A stretch of 63,005 bases of DNA, counting the filler, from Octopus bimaculoides (taxonomy: Eukaryota), in assembly GCF_001194135.2 (NCBI RefSeq). It is 4 parts of 4 records of this genome, joined end to end, with 100 filler letters (N's around TTAATTAATTAA, not from the genome) between each part and the next. Parts side by side here need not be neighbours in the genome. Positions count along the whole stretch, not along the records: positions 32,787 to 48,957 come from NC_068986.1; positions 49,058 to 63,005 come from NC_068989.1; 2 more parts are not named here. One strand, written 5' to 3'. Both the position numbers and the translations under genes were made by a program. The notes below the pieces were generated by a model. It saw nothing but the letters and a program-made list of their open reading frames with translations, ran no database searches and was not told the DNA's origin. Of this stretch, positions 40,023-52,497 are shown piece after piece; position 1 is the stretch's first letter; every line of letters starts with the position of its first letter.

Positions 40023-40932
40023 TATTGGGTTGGTAACTAAGTTCCTGCCGTTTTTTTTTTAAGTTTAATTTTTTAAAAGGTTTCATAAAAAATAACAACT
40101 AATTAATCAATAATGCATTCACCCTTGTTGCTTACAACTTGTTCCCAACGTTCAACAATATTCTCAATACTTCGTTGGTAGAAATCACCCGATTTCGACT
40201 CGAAAAATTGATCCAACCAAGCTCTCAGTTCTGCATCAGTATTGAACAAAACTCCGCATATAGCATTTGAAAGAGATTGAAAGTAACGATTCGGTAAAGA
40301 AGTCGTTGCTTGTGTCCACGAGTTGAGCGGTGATGAGCAAGCAAACCAGTGGAGATTGTGGCTCGTTGATTACTGTTGTTGTCACTTAAAGCATGCGGAA
40401 CCCATGCTCCATACTTCTGAACCTTTCCCATTGAGTGAAGATGCTTCTCTATAGCAGTGTGGGAGCATTCCATCTTCTCTGCCAGTTCCCTTGTCGTCTG
40501 ACGAGAATTTTCGTGAAAAAGTTGGTTTAATCGCTCTTCATCGAACTCAACTGGACGGCCAGAACGAGGTGCGTCTTTGAGGTCAAAATTCCATTTTTGA
40601 ACTTGGCGTACCAATCACGAGCGGTTCTTTCAGCTATGGCACCCTCTACATACACAGCACAAATGTGGCGAGCAGCTTTTGCGGTCTTAGAACCTTGATT
40701 AAAAGCAAAACGAAGGAGGTGTCGAAAATGCTCGTTTTTCTTAACTTGACATTCCATTTTAATTATCTGAAAATAAACAAAAAAAAAGAAAACAACTAAC
40801 ATTAACTAGAAAAAAAAAGAACAAAATAGATTCCAAAATGATTCAAAAATAGAATTTTCGAAAAAAATAGATTCCAAAATTTAAAAACGCAATAAATTCC
40901 AAAATCTAAAAACACCGCGGGAAACTTGTTAG
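40023..40932 (-). mobile_element. Mariner transposon (mellifera/cecropia-like), internally deleted
   Basis: TIR TATTGGGTTGGTAACTAAGTTCCTGCCGTTTTT at 40023. ORFs 40527-40802 and 40225-40614: HFRHLLRFAFNQG, DLKDAPRSGRP, GAWVPHALS, LLYRIVT, broken by a frameshift and ending before the first catalytic Asp. Confidence 0.9.
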
Positions 40933-41559
40933 AGTCCGAAATTCTTTGAAATATAAAACATATTAGAAACAAAAGGGAGATTAGCGTCTTATCATGACTT
41001 TTCTTTTACTGACTCAATAACTTCCATTTTATGCATTCTCGAATAACACTGAATAGACTTAGTGAAAAGACATATTAATACTGACATGTTTGTATTAATA
41101 GTTTGACTCAGACTTACCAAACGATTGACCTCACACATAGAAAATTGCACAACGTCGCTCAGACGCTTCAATCTCAGTAGTAAAGCAGTTAGAGTTTCTG
41201 AGTAAGAAATCAGTTCTTTAAATTCATTTAGTGAGTTTCCACCAAAAGATACCCGCAATATTTGTATGCTCATATATTGTATTTTCTAAAATTTACTATT
41301 GGTAGGATGATGCCAGAAATTCCAATGATAAGCAATAGTGAACAATTTCGCTGTTGAGGTCAATAATGCTGTCCTTAATTTCTGAATGGTGTTTCAAATA
41401 TATTTTGTATTACAATATTAACGTTACGTATTTATATCTGCTGAAGAATATTCTTCCCTCCTGGAAAGCAACCTGATTTGCTAAGTATCATTTCTACTGG
41501 TAGCTTTTGTAAAGTAAAACATATAGGCGAACATGCACAATAAGACAGACAGCTAAGCC

Positions 41560-41860
41560 ATACAGCATCTTAATTATCTAAACTTATGCTCCAACTAGCG
41601 ATTATAATGATGAAGTAGAAGAGAAATTGTATGAAGAGCTAGAAAAAGAAAATTGGTGAAGTAAAGTAAAAAAAGTTACACCTATAATTCAAGGTGACAA
41701 GAATGGAAAGATTGGATTAGATTCTCATGATACTTGCAAAACAGCAGTTGGTAAATACTGTCTGAAAAAAAGAGAAAAAGTATAGCAACGGTGAGTAAGA
41801 TTATTGGAATTTGCGAAACAACACGACTTAATTATACTAAACACAATACATCAGAAAAAC
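41560..41860 (+). mobile_element. RTE LINE apurinic endonuclease fragment
   Basis: YAPTSDYNDEVEEKLYEELE...IIQGDKNGKIG matches APE-domain motifs YAPT and GDxNAKVG. Confidence 0.75.
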
Positions 41861-42121
41861 AATGGTCTATCTGAAGAGAAATAACAAATTCACTCCTATG
41901 CTCCGTTTTTAAATAGATCAATTAACAATAAATGAAGCTAACACTCATTAGATTTATTTTCCTTTTATACAGGTGCAGGATCACGTAAGTATTTTATACA
42001 AACATAGTGAATTCCAAGCATTGAGCCAGCAAGGAATATTCTGTTATGTATAAAGTTATATGTATCTATATATATGTATATGATATATGTAGATATATAT
42101 ATATATATATATATACATATA

Positions 42122-42222
<101 letters not shown>

Positions 42223-42521
42223 ATACATGTTTGTGTATCCGTGTATGTTAAAAGAATATATACATATATATAAGGCGGCGAGCTGGTAGAAACATTAGAA
42301 TGCCGGGCGAAATGTTTAGCGGTATTTAGTCTGCCGCTACGTTTTGAGTTCATATTCCGCCGAGGTCGACATTGCCTTTCATCCTTTCGGGGTCGATTAA
42401 ATAAGTACCAGTTACGCACTGGGGTCGATGTAATCGACTTAATCCGTTTGTCTGTCCTTGTTTGTCCCCTCTCTGTGTAGCCCCTTGAGGGCAGTAAAAA
42501 AAAAGAATATATACATGTAAG

Positions 42522-42563
<42 letters not shown>

Positions 42564-42566
<3 letters not shown>

Positions 42567-43764
42567 GGTACGGATGGTATTTGAGGAAATATGCATTTTT
42601 AGTCATTATTTTATCTGACTAATTTTTATTAAACTTCTTTTTCTGGAAATAACAGTGGCAGATACTATGCTTGCTAATAAAATGAAAACGCATGCTGTGA
42701 TTGCGACTTTGAAGGCTATGCATGGTGATCAAAAAATATCTCGTTATCTGAATGCAGCAAGATCTTTTGTCCACAAGATTCGGTGTGAGTAAGAGAAAGA
42801 ACATATCAAAACGTAAAAACCATTCCAAAAGATCTCATTCTATCAGGACACTTTACTTTATTCATGACGTTAAGTAAAATATTGAAGACAATCTAGGAAA
42901 ATCAATGAGGTCAATTGCAAAATAAATTCGTGTGTCAGAAAAGACAATCAGAAATGTTGTGAATGAAGGCATGAGATAGAAATCTTACATAATTAACAGT
43001 GGTCAGTTCATGTCAGAATAAACAAAGGAAAACCGTTTAATCAGATCCAAAAGTCTTTTGAACAAACATAAAAATCCATCAGAAGACGGTATGAGTTTCT
43101 TTTCTTGAGATGAGAAAATCTTTGGCCAGGACCAGAAAGCTAACAGAAGAAATTTCAGCTGCCTATATGCAGACCCTACTGAGTAAAGCACAGAAAATCC
43201 CCTTGAAGTGTCATGGTTTTGTTTGCTGTTAGCAATGAAGGAGATGTGATGCCTCCTCATATTTTTACACAGGACCTTAGTGTTAATGCTGCTGCATACA
43301 TTGAGGTTCTGGAGAAAGTTGTTAAGTCTTGGATCAACAGTGTATGCAATGGAAAGCCTTGTCTCTCATTAAGATTCTGCATCATCACAAAAGGCTCGAA
43401 TGACACAAGAATAGATGGCTGACAATTTGCATGATCGCGTCACCACCAATATTTGGCCTCCTAATTGTCTGGATCTCAATCCACTGGACAACTATGTATG
43501 GGGAATTGTTGAGAAAAATGTCTATCAACACTCCCATTGCACCGAAGTATCTTTGAAAGACAGCATAACAAGGACCACTTAATCCAAGCTTTTAAACAAT
43601 TTTTAGAATCAGTTATGGATACCTACGGTAGTTTTATTGAATTAAATTATTAAATTGATAATTAGCTTTATGTCTGTTATTTTTATATAAATACATTTTT
43701 TTTCTGTTATTTTATAAGTGTTTATTTAGAACCATAAATCTGTCATCGAATACCGTCCGCCAAG
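42564..43764 (+). mobile_element. Full-length decayed Tc1/mariner-superfamily transposon
   Basis: TA-flanked diverged TIRs (CAGGGTACGGATGGTATTTGA / tcgaataccgtccgccaag). Internal DEK, VSNEGDVMPPHIF and WPPNCLDLNPLDNYVWG motifs, with many stops. Confidence 0.88.
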
Positions 43765-43829
<65 letters not shown>

Positions 43830-44069
43830 TTTAAAGATTTGCAGGTACGTGGTACTTCGTTATGCAAACCCAATATACTATAAGTATACTAAATGATTTC
43901 ATAGTTCAGTACCACGTTCTATTGCGTCAGCATTGTTCTTACATTATTGTTATTTGGTTATTTCTGCAGATATACCATAGAAATTATAGCCAGCACTGAT
44001 TATTGCTACAACGTTTCGTATCGCGACGTCAGATGTAAACAGACAATATGATCGAAGACAAAAGTGGAT

Positions 44070-44121
44070 AATGAGTGTATATGCCATATTTCGGGATTTT
44101 GCCCTTTCATCAGCACCCATC
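44070..44121 (-). ncRNA. Minimal type I hammerhead ribozyme with intact catalytic core
   Basis: Minus strand reads GATGGGTG-CTGATGA-AA-GGGcaaaatCCC-GAA-ATATGGCATAT-A-CACTCATT: 8-bp stem I, canonical core, 3-bp stem II, near-palindromic stem III, AUA cleavage triplet. Confidence 0.7.
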
Positions 44122-44340
44122 TCACCCACTGTTGCCTCCGAACACGTTGCTTATATAGCCGCCGCATACAGCGCTGGTTATATAAGGAATATTCAACTAT
44201 CTAGAGGCATTCTGTGTTATTTTGTAAAGCATTCTTTACGCTTGATCCAAGTCTTACGTTTGATCCGAGTCATTTTCGAATACCTTGTTTGCAAATATAC
44301 ACAGACACACATACACACGCTAAACACGCGCAAGCAGACC

Positions 44341-44456
<116 letters not shown>

Positions 44457-46208
44457 CAGAGGCGTTAGCGAGCGCGCTCACATACACACGCACATATACG
44501 CACAAGCAAAAAGAAAGAAAAAAAACAAAAGAAATCACAGACATGTGTATGTTGTATGTATGCACCTGCAGGCATGGGTATGGTTCTGTGCATACGAATT
44601 TTGCTTCCCAAGCACGTGGTCTCGGATTCAGTCTCACTGGGCATCATCTAGACGAGTAGTACATGTGTGACTCAATATGGTAGTAAAAAACCTGTGAGGA
44701 AGTCGTTCTTATATAAAAGTGTATATGTTTCTTCATTTGCATGTCTCTTCATTTGCGTTTGCTTTGTTCAAGTCACCTGAAATTAGTCCTTCGTTAAAAG
44801 TACGAGACAAATGAAAAACTGGCGTCCCATTTCATTTACTAAGATCTTTAAAGCCCACTCTTATCCTGCCGAAAGTCCGTGACAGAAGCAAGTAAAAGAG
44901 CACACACGTACACTCCACGCACACACGCATGTGCACACAGAATTTGTATGTATGAATATAAGTTTGTATACGGACATAAAAGTTAAAATTTATGGACGAT
45001 CATAGAGTGCCCAATTTTTCTCGCACCTATAGATTCTTTAGCAGTATAGGCAACCCGTCCGGCTCACTTGACTGACGGGGCATAAACTCTCTACTACTGG
45101 AAGAAATACATAACAGTTGTTCAAGGAACTTCCGTTTAATTTTCTATGGAGTTCCTGCCTCTTTAAAGCACCAAACGTGGTTGGAAAGTGTCATGATGTT
45201 GCGCCATTCTGCTATCCTGAAAAAAAAAAAAAATTGCTTCTCCTTCGAATATCATCATAGCCGGAGGAGATATAAGGGCGAAAACTCCATCCCACCTGAA
45301 GTACGGACAATTTTCATCTTTTTTTTATTTTTACAAAATCAACTGACCGTTACGTATTTCTGCCTCCAGTTGTAGAGAGTTTATGCGCCTTCAATCATTT
45401 GAATCTGACAAGTTGTCTATAGTGCGCTTAGCAGTATAGGCAACCAATGGCCACTCAGTGAGCGGCCACAACTTTTAACTTCCTAAATATTTATAAATGT
45501 ACGTGTGTACACACGCACGCACAAACACACAAACATACACACATACATTTGTGTGTTTACTGTTTGTAGCAGATTTATGCTTGTATATTGTTGGAGATAT
45601 TTTAATCATTCCACTTTCATATATATTTTGACATAAATATCTATAAAATATTCATTCAAGTTTTGCAAGTACACTTATGTATATATGGATATTTGAATAC
45701 TTTGTTATGAAACGTTCTATCAAGCTGACGCAAAATAGAGAATGGAATAATCGAATCCGTATATTTTGTGATCGAAAAATTGTTATGCAGCCAGAACTCT
45801 TGATGATTCATAAACGGTACTGAACCTCAGGGAAGGGAAAAACTATTTTGTTACTGATGTTCATTTTCCGACGTCGAAACTTACGTAATTGAAGTCGCTA
45901 TATTCAGAATGCGAATAGAAATTTAATATCATGTTCTGAAAGCGTATTTATATCCACCCACCCTCACACTCTTACAGCCTTAAGAATATATTAATGAGAA
46001 CAATTAATTGTGTCTCGCAAAAAAATATTTATTTATGACATCTTATTACAGATATGTGTGGATCGTAAAGCATAAACATTTTCGTACTGTGGTATAGACT
46101 CTCTTAGATGTTAACGCAAAAATATGAAAACGTGCGAGTGCTTGTGTGGGTGTTCATGTGTGTGTATATATATGTATTGGCATATGTATGTAGGTGTGTG
46201 CGTAAACA

Positions 46209-46269
<61 letters not shown>

Positions 46270-47620
46270 TATATGTGTATATATACATACATGCATCTGT
46301 GTGTGTGTAATTATATATGTGTGTACATGCGTGTGTGTATGTACATATTTTTGCATTGATGAAAATTTCCCGCATCGCAATCACCTCACATCTTCGTTGA
46401 CACTAATGCTTTACTTGAATATTATCTTAGATTTTTCCTAAAGACTAATGGGAGTGAATTTGGTTAATCTGCTACACACTGAATGAATTTCTTTCATTCA
46501 ATCCTCTAAAGACTAAATTACTTAAGTAGTTAGGATTCGTGATAAGAAAGATTATAAAGTTCTCTCTAATTTTAAGTTTTCCCAAATGTCTAACTCGGGA
46601 ATTATCGGTGTACCTCAGTTATAGCTTGCTCTGAAAATGCATTCGATTAATTGTTCCTGCAAGTCTTATATTATAAATATCATTAGAAGAGAAATACTGG
46701 TAACAGGCCAGAGGAGCATTAGAATATGAAATTGGTAATTTTTCTGCAAGAAAATATATATAAAGATCTTTGCTGAATTTTACAGTAATTGCTTTCCATT
46801 TACAACGGTTATTAAAGAAGATGAAGTTTTTGGGCCGCTAGGTTATTACGGAAGAACTTATCCTAGAAAATAGTAGCATAACGATTATATTTTCAGCAGC
46901 TATAATGCATCATCCACACGTCTATAATTATAGTCAGACAGCTCTGTAGAGTATGTAAATAGGTGACAATATTGCATATATTAACTGAAGTAATATTGAT
47001 TTCTTTTAATCGCTACAATGTCTCAGATTTATAGCAAGAGGGAGCAAAATGAGATTCATGACTTTTTGAAAGAATATGAATGAAGAGAAGGAAGGAAAAG
47101 GGCTCATAACAATAAATATATAAATAAATAAATAAATAAATAAATAAAAACATAATAACGTCTCATCGCAGGTTCGAGTTACGCCTCCTCTACCTTGTTC
47201 ACAATTAAGCAATAATGGATACTTTTGTCAAGATAAAACCCCCTATGATTTCGGGAGATATAAAAAATGGTTTGGCAGCATTAATTTTTTCATTCCTAAT
47301 GTTGGAAAAAGAAACTAAAATTAAATGGATTTCCTCGGGGAAACGAAATTAACTGCTTAGATTCTTTCAGAAGATATATCAGCTATTTTCGTGGTATAGT
47401 CAATTATTGAGATCAATCTTTTGTATTGAATAAAACATACAGCAGTATTATGTTTAAATTTTCTATCAATCCAACAGTCTAGATTGAAGACAACTATGTT
47501 GGTTTATATTGAAATGTATATGTTGTTCCTTTGAACAAGTCAGGAGGTGAGATATTAAATATATTGATGCAATAAGTACCTACTGCTTTGAACATTTCAA
47601 ATCTCTCACTCTCTCTATCC

Positions 47621-47657
<37 letters not shown>

Positions 47658-47962
47658 CATATATACATACATATATATATAGATATATATATATAGTCAT
47701 ATATACATATGTATATATACATATATATATATAGATATATATATAGACATATATACATATGTATATATATATACATATATATATGTATATGTATATATAN
47801 NNNNNNNNNNNNNNNNNNNNNNNNNNNNNNNNNNNNNNNNNNNNNNNNNNNNNNNNNNNNNNNNNNNNNNNNNNNNNNNNNNNNNNNNNNNNNNNNNNNN
47901 NNNNNNNNNNNNNNNNNNNNNNNNNNNNNNNNNNNNNNNNNNNNTATATATATATATATACC

Positions 47963-47993
<31 letters not shown>

Positions 47994-48873
47994 ATGGAAA
48001 TGGATTCGATGTTTTCCCATAACCATATACAGCACTATATTCACAAATACTTATACATAGACACACAAACACACAGTGGTGACTGCTTGCACACACACAA
48101 ACACACACACACACACACGAACACACACACACATACACATTACACACACACGCACAAACACACACGCACTCACGCATATATATATATAAAATAAGCTAAA
48201 GAGAATTAACTCCGTTTGGCCAGAGGGATAGACTAATACGGGTCGATCAAATACCATACACTATAACTTTGCAATATAACTTTGTAATTTGTTAAAATTA
48301 TCATGGCTTCCAGATGACGCGAAGTAAAATAGTTATTAAGAACATATCCGCTTGGGAATGAGAGATGATCTAAAATTTCAAGAATGAAGAATGTTCAAAA
48401 TCCGTAAACTATTAAGAAGGAGAGGCTTAATTTCTGCAGATAAACGAGAGTTGTGTACACACATTTCTATCTCAATAGGAGTCATCGGTTCGCCAGTTTT
48501 CCAATGATGTTCTCAGTAGCAAATAAATGCTACTTGATAATCATAGCATGTCTATATTTAAATATATACACACTATTGGAAGTTCCATGAACACCTGGGG
48601 ACTTAAATTTCATTAAGTATTTAAAAAAGACTTAGAAAAACAGAACGACACGAACATTTTGGAATGAAGTTTTCGAATTGTGTGATAACGTTTTTATGGT
48701 TTAGTTGTTCAAACACATGTGTTATGCTGTAATCCGAATACAAGAAGTTCTTTTTAGTAATGGTGTTCCTTATTCGCGGTTTAATCTAGGAGTACTCTTC
48801 GTTTCCTTTCCTTAGTTTATCATTTTCTTTATTATTTTGCAAGCAGAAAATATTTTGAATTTTCCACTTTTAC

Positions 48874-48949
<76 letters not shown>

Positions 48950-48957
48950 TTATGTTT

Positions 48958-49057
48958 NNNNNNNNNNNNNNNNNNNNNNNNNNNNNNNNNNNNNNNNNNN
49001 NTTAATTAATTAANNNNNNNNNNNNNNNNNNNNNNNNNNNNNNNNNNNNNNNNNNNN
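48958..49057. other. Artificial scaffold join (44 N + TTAATTAATTAA + 44 N)
   Basis: Same construct as the other two joins. Confidence 0.95.
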
Positions 49058-49600
49058 CATTTTGCACGAGTACACTTTTTTTTGTGACGGGTGGGTGGGG
49101 TGCAGACGGATAATTAACACGATCCAGTAACACCACTTCGACACCCGGTCACAAAAATGGAAAAAAAGTATAATAGGTATAAAACATGATGTAGTGAGCG
49201 ATATGAGAGTGATCGTGTCGATTTTCCGAGTCCTCTCCCGTTCGCCAGCGCGTTTTTCTTTTCTTTTCTTTTTTTTTTCTTTTCTTTTTTTTTTTCAGTG
49301 GATCAAACTCCAGTGTTAGACCCTTTTTACTTGGTAACTGCACCAGTGCATTTTCAAACAAATTAATCAGCATCGTTGTTTTAATCTGCACTCTTCCTTG
49401 CTAATATGAATTGGGCAGAATTCGTTGAGAGATTTTCTAAGATATACTCTTCCTGTCGCCAACTCTCATGGCCACGCATTTCACGGGATATTGGAAGCCA
49501 AAAGCACCATTCATTTACACACGTCATCTTTCATATTGAGTAGAAAGATTATGTTCGTTAGTTTCCGTGAGTACATGCTGTCTTGTCAACTGCGTGCTTG
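49058..49600 (+). promoter_or_regulatory. CpG-retaining 5' region of RPS28 (promoter or proximal intron 1), with a TOP-like tract
   Basis: Many CpGs here versus few after ~49700; CTCTTCC pyrimidine tract at 49447-49453 upstream of ctcATGG. Confidence 0.4.
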
Positions 49601-51252
49601 TCCAGGGTTTTACACAATGGCACTAAACTGGAAACCAAGAGGTTGGGAGGCTAACTAACTACACACAGCCATGCCTGCGCCAGTAGTGGTCACGACTTTG
49701 TTTATATGCCAATTCGACAGCTTAATCATTTTTTCAATGAGTTTATTTAGCTAGAAACACCAGATATCTGGGTTTATTTGGAGGTGGTTTTAGCTATGTA
49801 CTTTAAGATGTCACTTGTAATGTATAGATTGCTTCAATAGTGAAAGGCTGTTTTAAGATTTACAGAAATAAAAGTACAAACTGAACGGATACAACAAACA
49901 GCTATATTCACCAAAAATAGAAAGAGTCTATAATCAAAAAAACAGTAGCACAGATTTCTGCTATATACAAAATCCAGGCTCTGAGAGAAATGGCAGCATA
50001 AAATATTGTATATTGTGAGGAAAATATTGCAAGTGAAGCCTTTTGTTGGACGTTGAAACAATTTAAATTGACATACTGTTTATAGCAGATTCCATTGTCG
50101 GTTGTTTTTGTTCCTATGATATTAAATAGCATAACACTCTGCACATCAATATATATGTTTGTATTTTAGATAATAGTGAAAATAGTCAATAATTTGATTC
50201 ATTTGCAAATAAAAGCAAGATCTTGTCCTATTAAACCATTTGTATATCTATCATTGGTTATGCTTCTTTGTATTGAGCTTAAATATGCTGTGGAAAACAA
50301 TTTAAAAGCAACAAAACAAAAACCCTCAGATTGAGTATATCACCAATCTAGAAGTGAGCACAAGGTGACAGAATGGAAGCTTGAAGAATGTGTGTGGTTA
50401 GAAATGAGAAGTCAAGTTGAAGATTTAATATAGATGGAAATCCTGAGAGTGCACTACAGTGTAAACCATAAAAAATACTGGAAACCTAATGTGAAGTATA
50501 ACACCAACACTGGTACTTAGAGGGCTTATAGTAAACCCTAACATCAAAAGAGCCTGCAACTGTATACTTAATAGCATATCCGATATTCACGACCAAATAA
50601 CTCTAGTCAGTGAATAACTTTAAAATAAAGAGAGAAAAGGCTACTGTCCTTGTATGACTTGCCCTTCTCACTGTGACTTATAAGGAGGTTAAACTGAGCA
50701 GTTGACAGAAGATATTCACTAAAAACTGAGTGGAATTGTAGTAGAACAATGAAAGTGAAATGAATTTCAAATACAATGGAAATCATATTTTCAAACCAAA
50801 GTTGTTGGGTCTCAAACAGGTTATATCATCTCTTTATTATCTAAAAAAAACTTCCATCCTGAAGTGATTACAATAAGCAACTTCCTCTATATCTCATTAG
50901 TGTTATAAGACTGACAGTTGATATAACAGTATGTTTGTATTTGAGGCAACAATGTAAATTAAATATAGGAACTGCAGTATACAATAATGTTTGTGAATCT
51001 CAAAAACATGCACAAATGGTACAACTACTTGTACAAAACATAAGATGGAGGCTGTCTTTCATAATGCAAACACTACACAGGCACAATTCAGAACCGACAA
51101 AAATAAAAACTATTAGGTCGCTGAACCTGGTTGATGTACCACAAAAACCCAAATGGAGCTGCAGAAATATGTTGTGGTCCTGGTTAGGAAGTCTTTAATC
51201 ATCTGTTGGGTCAACTCTGACATGGAGCTGTATGGATGATCTAGTTTCCCAA

Positions 51253-51398
51253 TTGAATGACACTTAAGTGGGGGTCCACCGAGACCTTGCGCATTACAGG
51301 AAGTTACTAAGTGTTGTTTAGAAAGACCAAAATTAAGCATTAGTTGCAAGTGCAAGGCTATGATTTTGCCATGTCACTTTTGTTATATAACTACAACC
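51253..51398 (+). ncRNA. Candidate intronic H/ACA-like RNA
   Basis: Hairpin, AGACCA (ANANNA, 51324-51329), second hairpin, then ACA (51393-51395), ~146 nt long and ~100 nt upstream of the RPS28 acceptor; guide pockets are not canonical. Confidence 0.3.
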
Positions 51399-51497
51399 TC
51401 AACCAAGTATGGTTCATACTGGTTTTGTGTCATTTTTTAAATCAGTTTATATCTGTACAGTTACATAGACATAATACAAATCTTACTTTTTTGACAG

Positions 51498-51545
51498 GTT
51501 ACTAAAGTCCTTGGACGTACAGGCTCTCAAGGTCAGTGTACTCAG
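51498..51545 (+). CDS. RPS28: 40S ribosomal protein S28 exon VTKVLGRTGSQGQCTQ
   Basis: ttttttgacag acceptor, gtgagt donor, phase 0/0; matches the conserved eS28 sequence. Confidence 0.97.
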
Positions 51546-51569
51546 GTGAGTTCAATTAGTTTATCTTTT

Positions 51570-51830
51570 GCTTGTTTCGGTCATTTGACTACGGCCATGC
51601 TAGGGCACTACATTGGAGAATTTTTTGTCAAAACATAGTACTTATTCTATTGATATATTTTGCTGAACTGCTAACTTACAGGGACATAAACACATCAACT
51701 CCTGTTATCATGCATTGGTAGGGGACACATACAACGAGCTTTGGTTGACCTGAGGTGCCACGCAGTGAGAATTAATCTGGAACCATGTGGTTAGGAAGCA
51801 AGCTTCTTACCACATAGCCATGCCTGTGCT
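51570..51830 (-). mobile_element. CpG-decayed SINE in RPS28 intron
   Basis: Aligns to the 2660-3040 copy with CG changed to TG/CA. Similar decayed copies at ~56690-56970 and 58555-59080. Confidence 0.75.
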
Positions 51831-52130
51831 TATTAATAATTGTTTAATCTTTTTGAGGTTTAAATTGCCAAGTTCATATGAAGCTAGTAGTTCTCATTTC
51901 TCAAGCTGAAATGAACTCAAAGTTCACTCTTGGAATATCAGTATGAAATGAAAAGATAGAAAAGAGATTTATGGTCTATTGTTGCTTAGATATAAGTACA
52001 CCTTGGCTATGGATGCACTCTGCATGGGGCTAGAATGATTATATTTTGTAGATCTGTTGGATCATGGCTTATTTGGTACTAATTAATAAAATGAAAATTG
52101 CTTTCTGCGTTTTTGCTCTAACAAGTTTAA

Positions 52131-52265
<135 letters not shown>

Positions 52266-52451
52266 TAAATGTTGATTTTTATTTCTGCTCCTTTCCCTCA
52301 GTTTTAAGTTTCCTACCTTGAAATCTTATTAAGTAAAGTTAACTTTAAAATAAGCTTGATAGTTCTGTATAATATTTAAATATTTAAGAACTGATAAATT
52401 TTAATATGGGTTTGTGTTCAATTTATTGATTTCTTGTTTCTTTATTTGCAG

Positions 52452-52455
52452 ATGA
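52452..52455 (+). CDS. RPS28: RPS28 terminal exon: last base of Arg codon plus TGA; 3' UTR follows
   Basis: tttatttgcag|A TGA completes CG+A = Arg, then stop. Confidence 0.85.
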
Positions 52456-52491
52456 GGGCTCCGGTCAAGTTTATTTTATTTGGAGAATGGA

Positions 52492-52497
52492 AATAAA
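52492..52497 (+). terminator. RPS28 polyadenylation signal AATAAA
   Basis: 37 nt after the stop codon, with a U-rich tract (~52520-52550) downstream. Confidence 0.75.

Noticed and set aside
41118-41197. 80-nt minus-strand segment with cag/gtaagt sites (ETLTALLLRLKRLSDVVQFSMCEVNRL)
   Set aside because: No recognisable homology; such sites occur by chance in AT-rich DNA.
44000-44035. Second hammerhead-like string next to the intact one (CTGACGT...GAAACGTT)
   Set aside because: A9 is missing and stems I and II do not form.
49058-49420. Divergent gene sharing the RPS28 promoter (NDUFA7 in vertebrates)
   Set aside because: Minus-strand frames show nothing recognisable; ORF 49149-49391 is driven by a poly-T tract.
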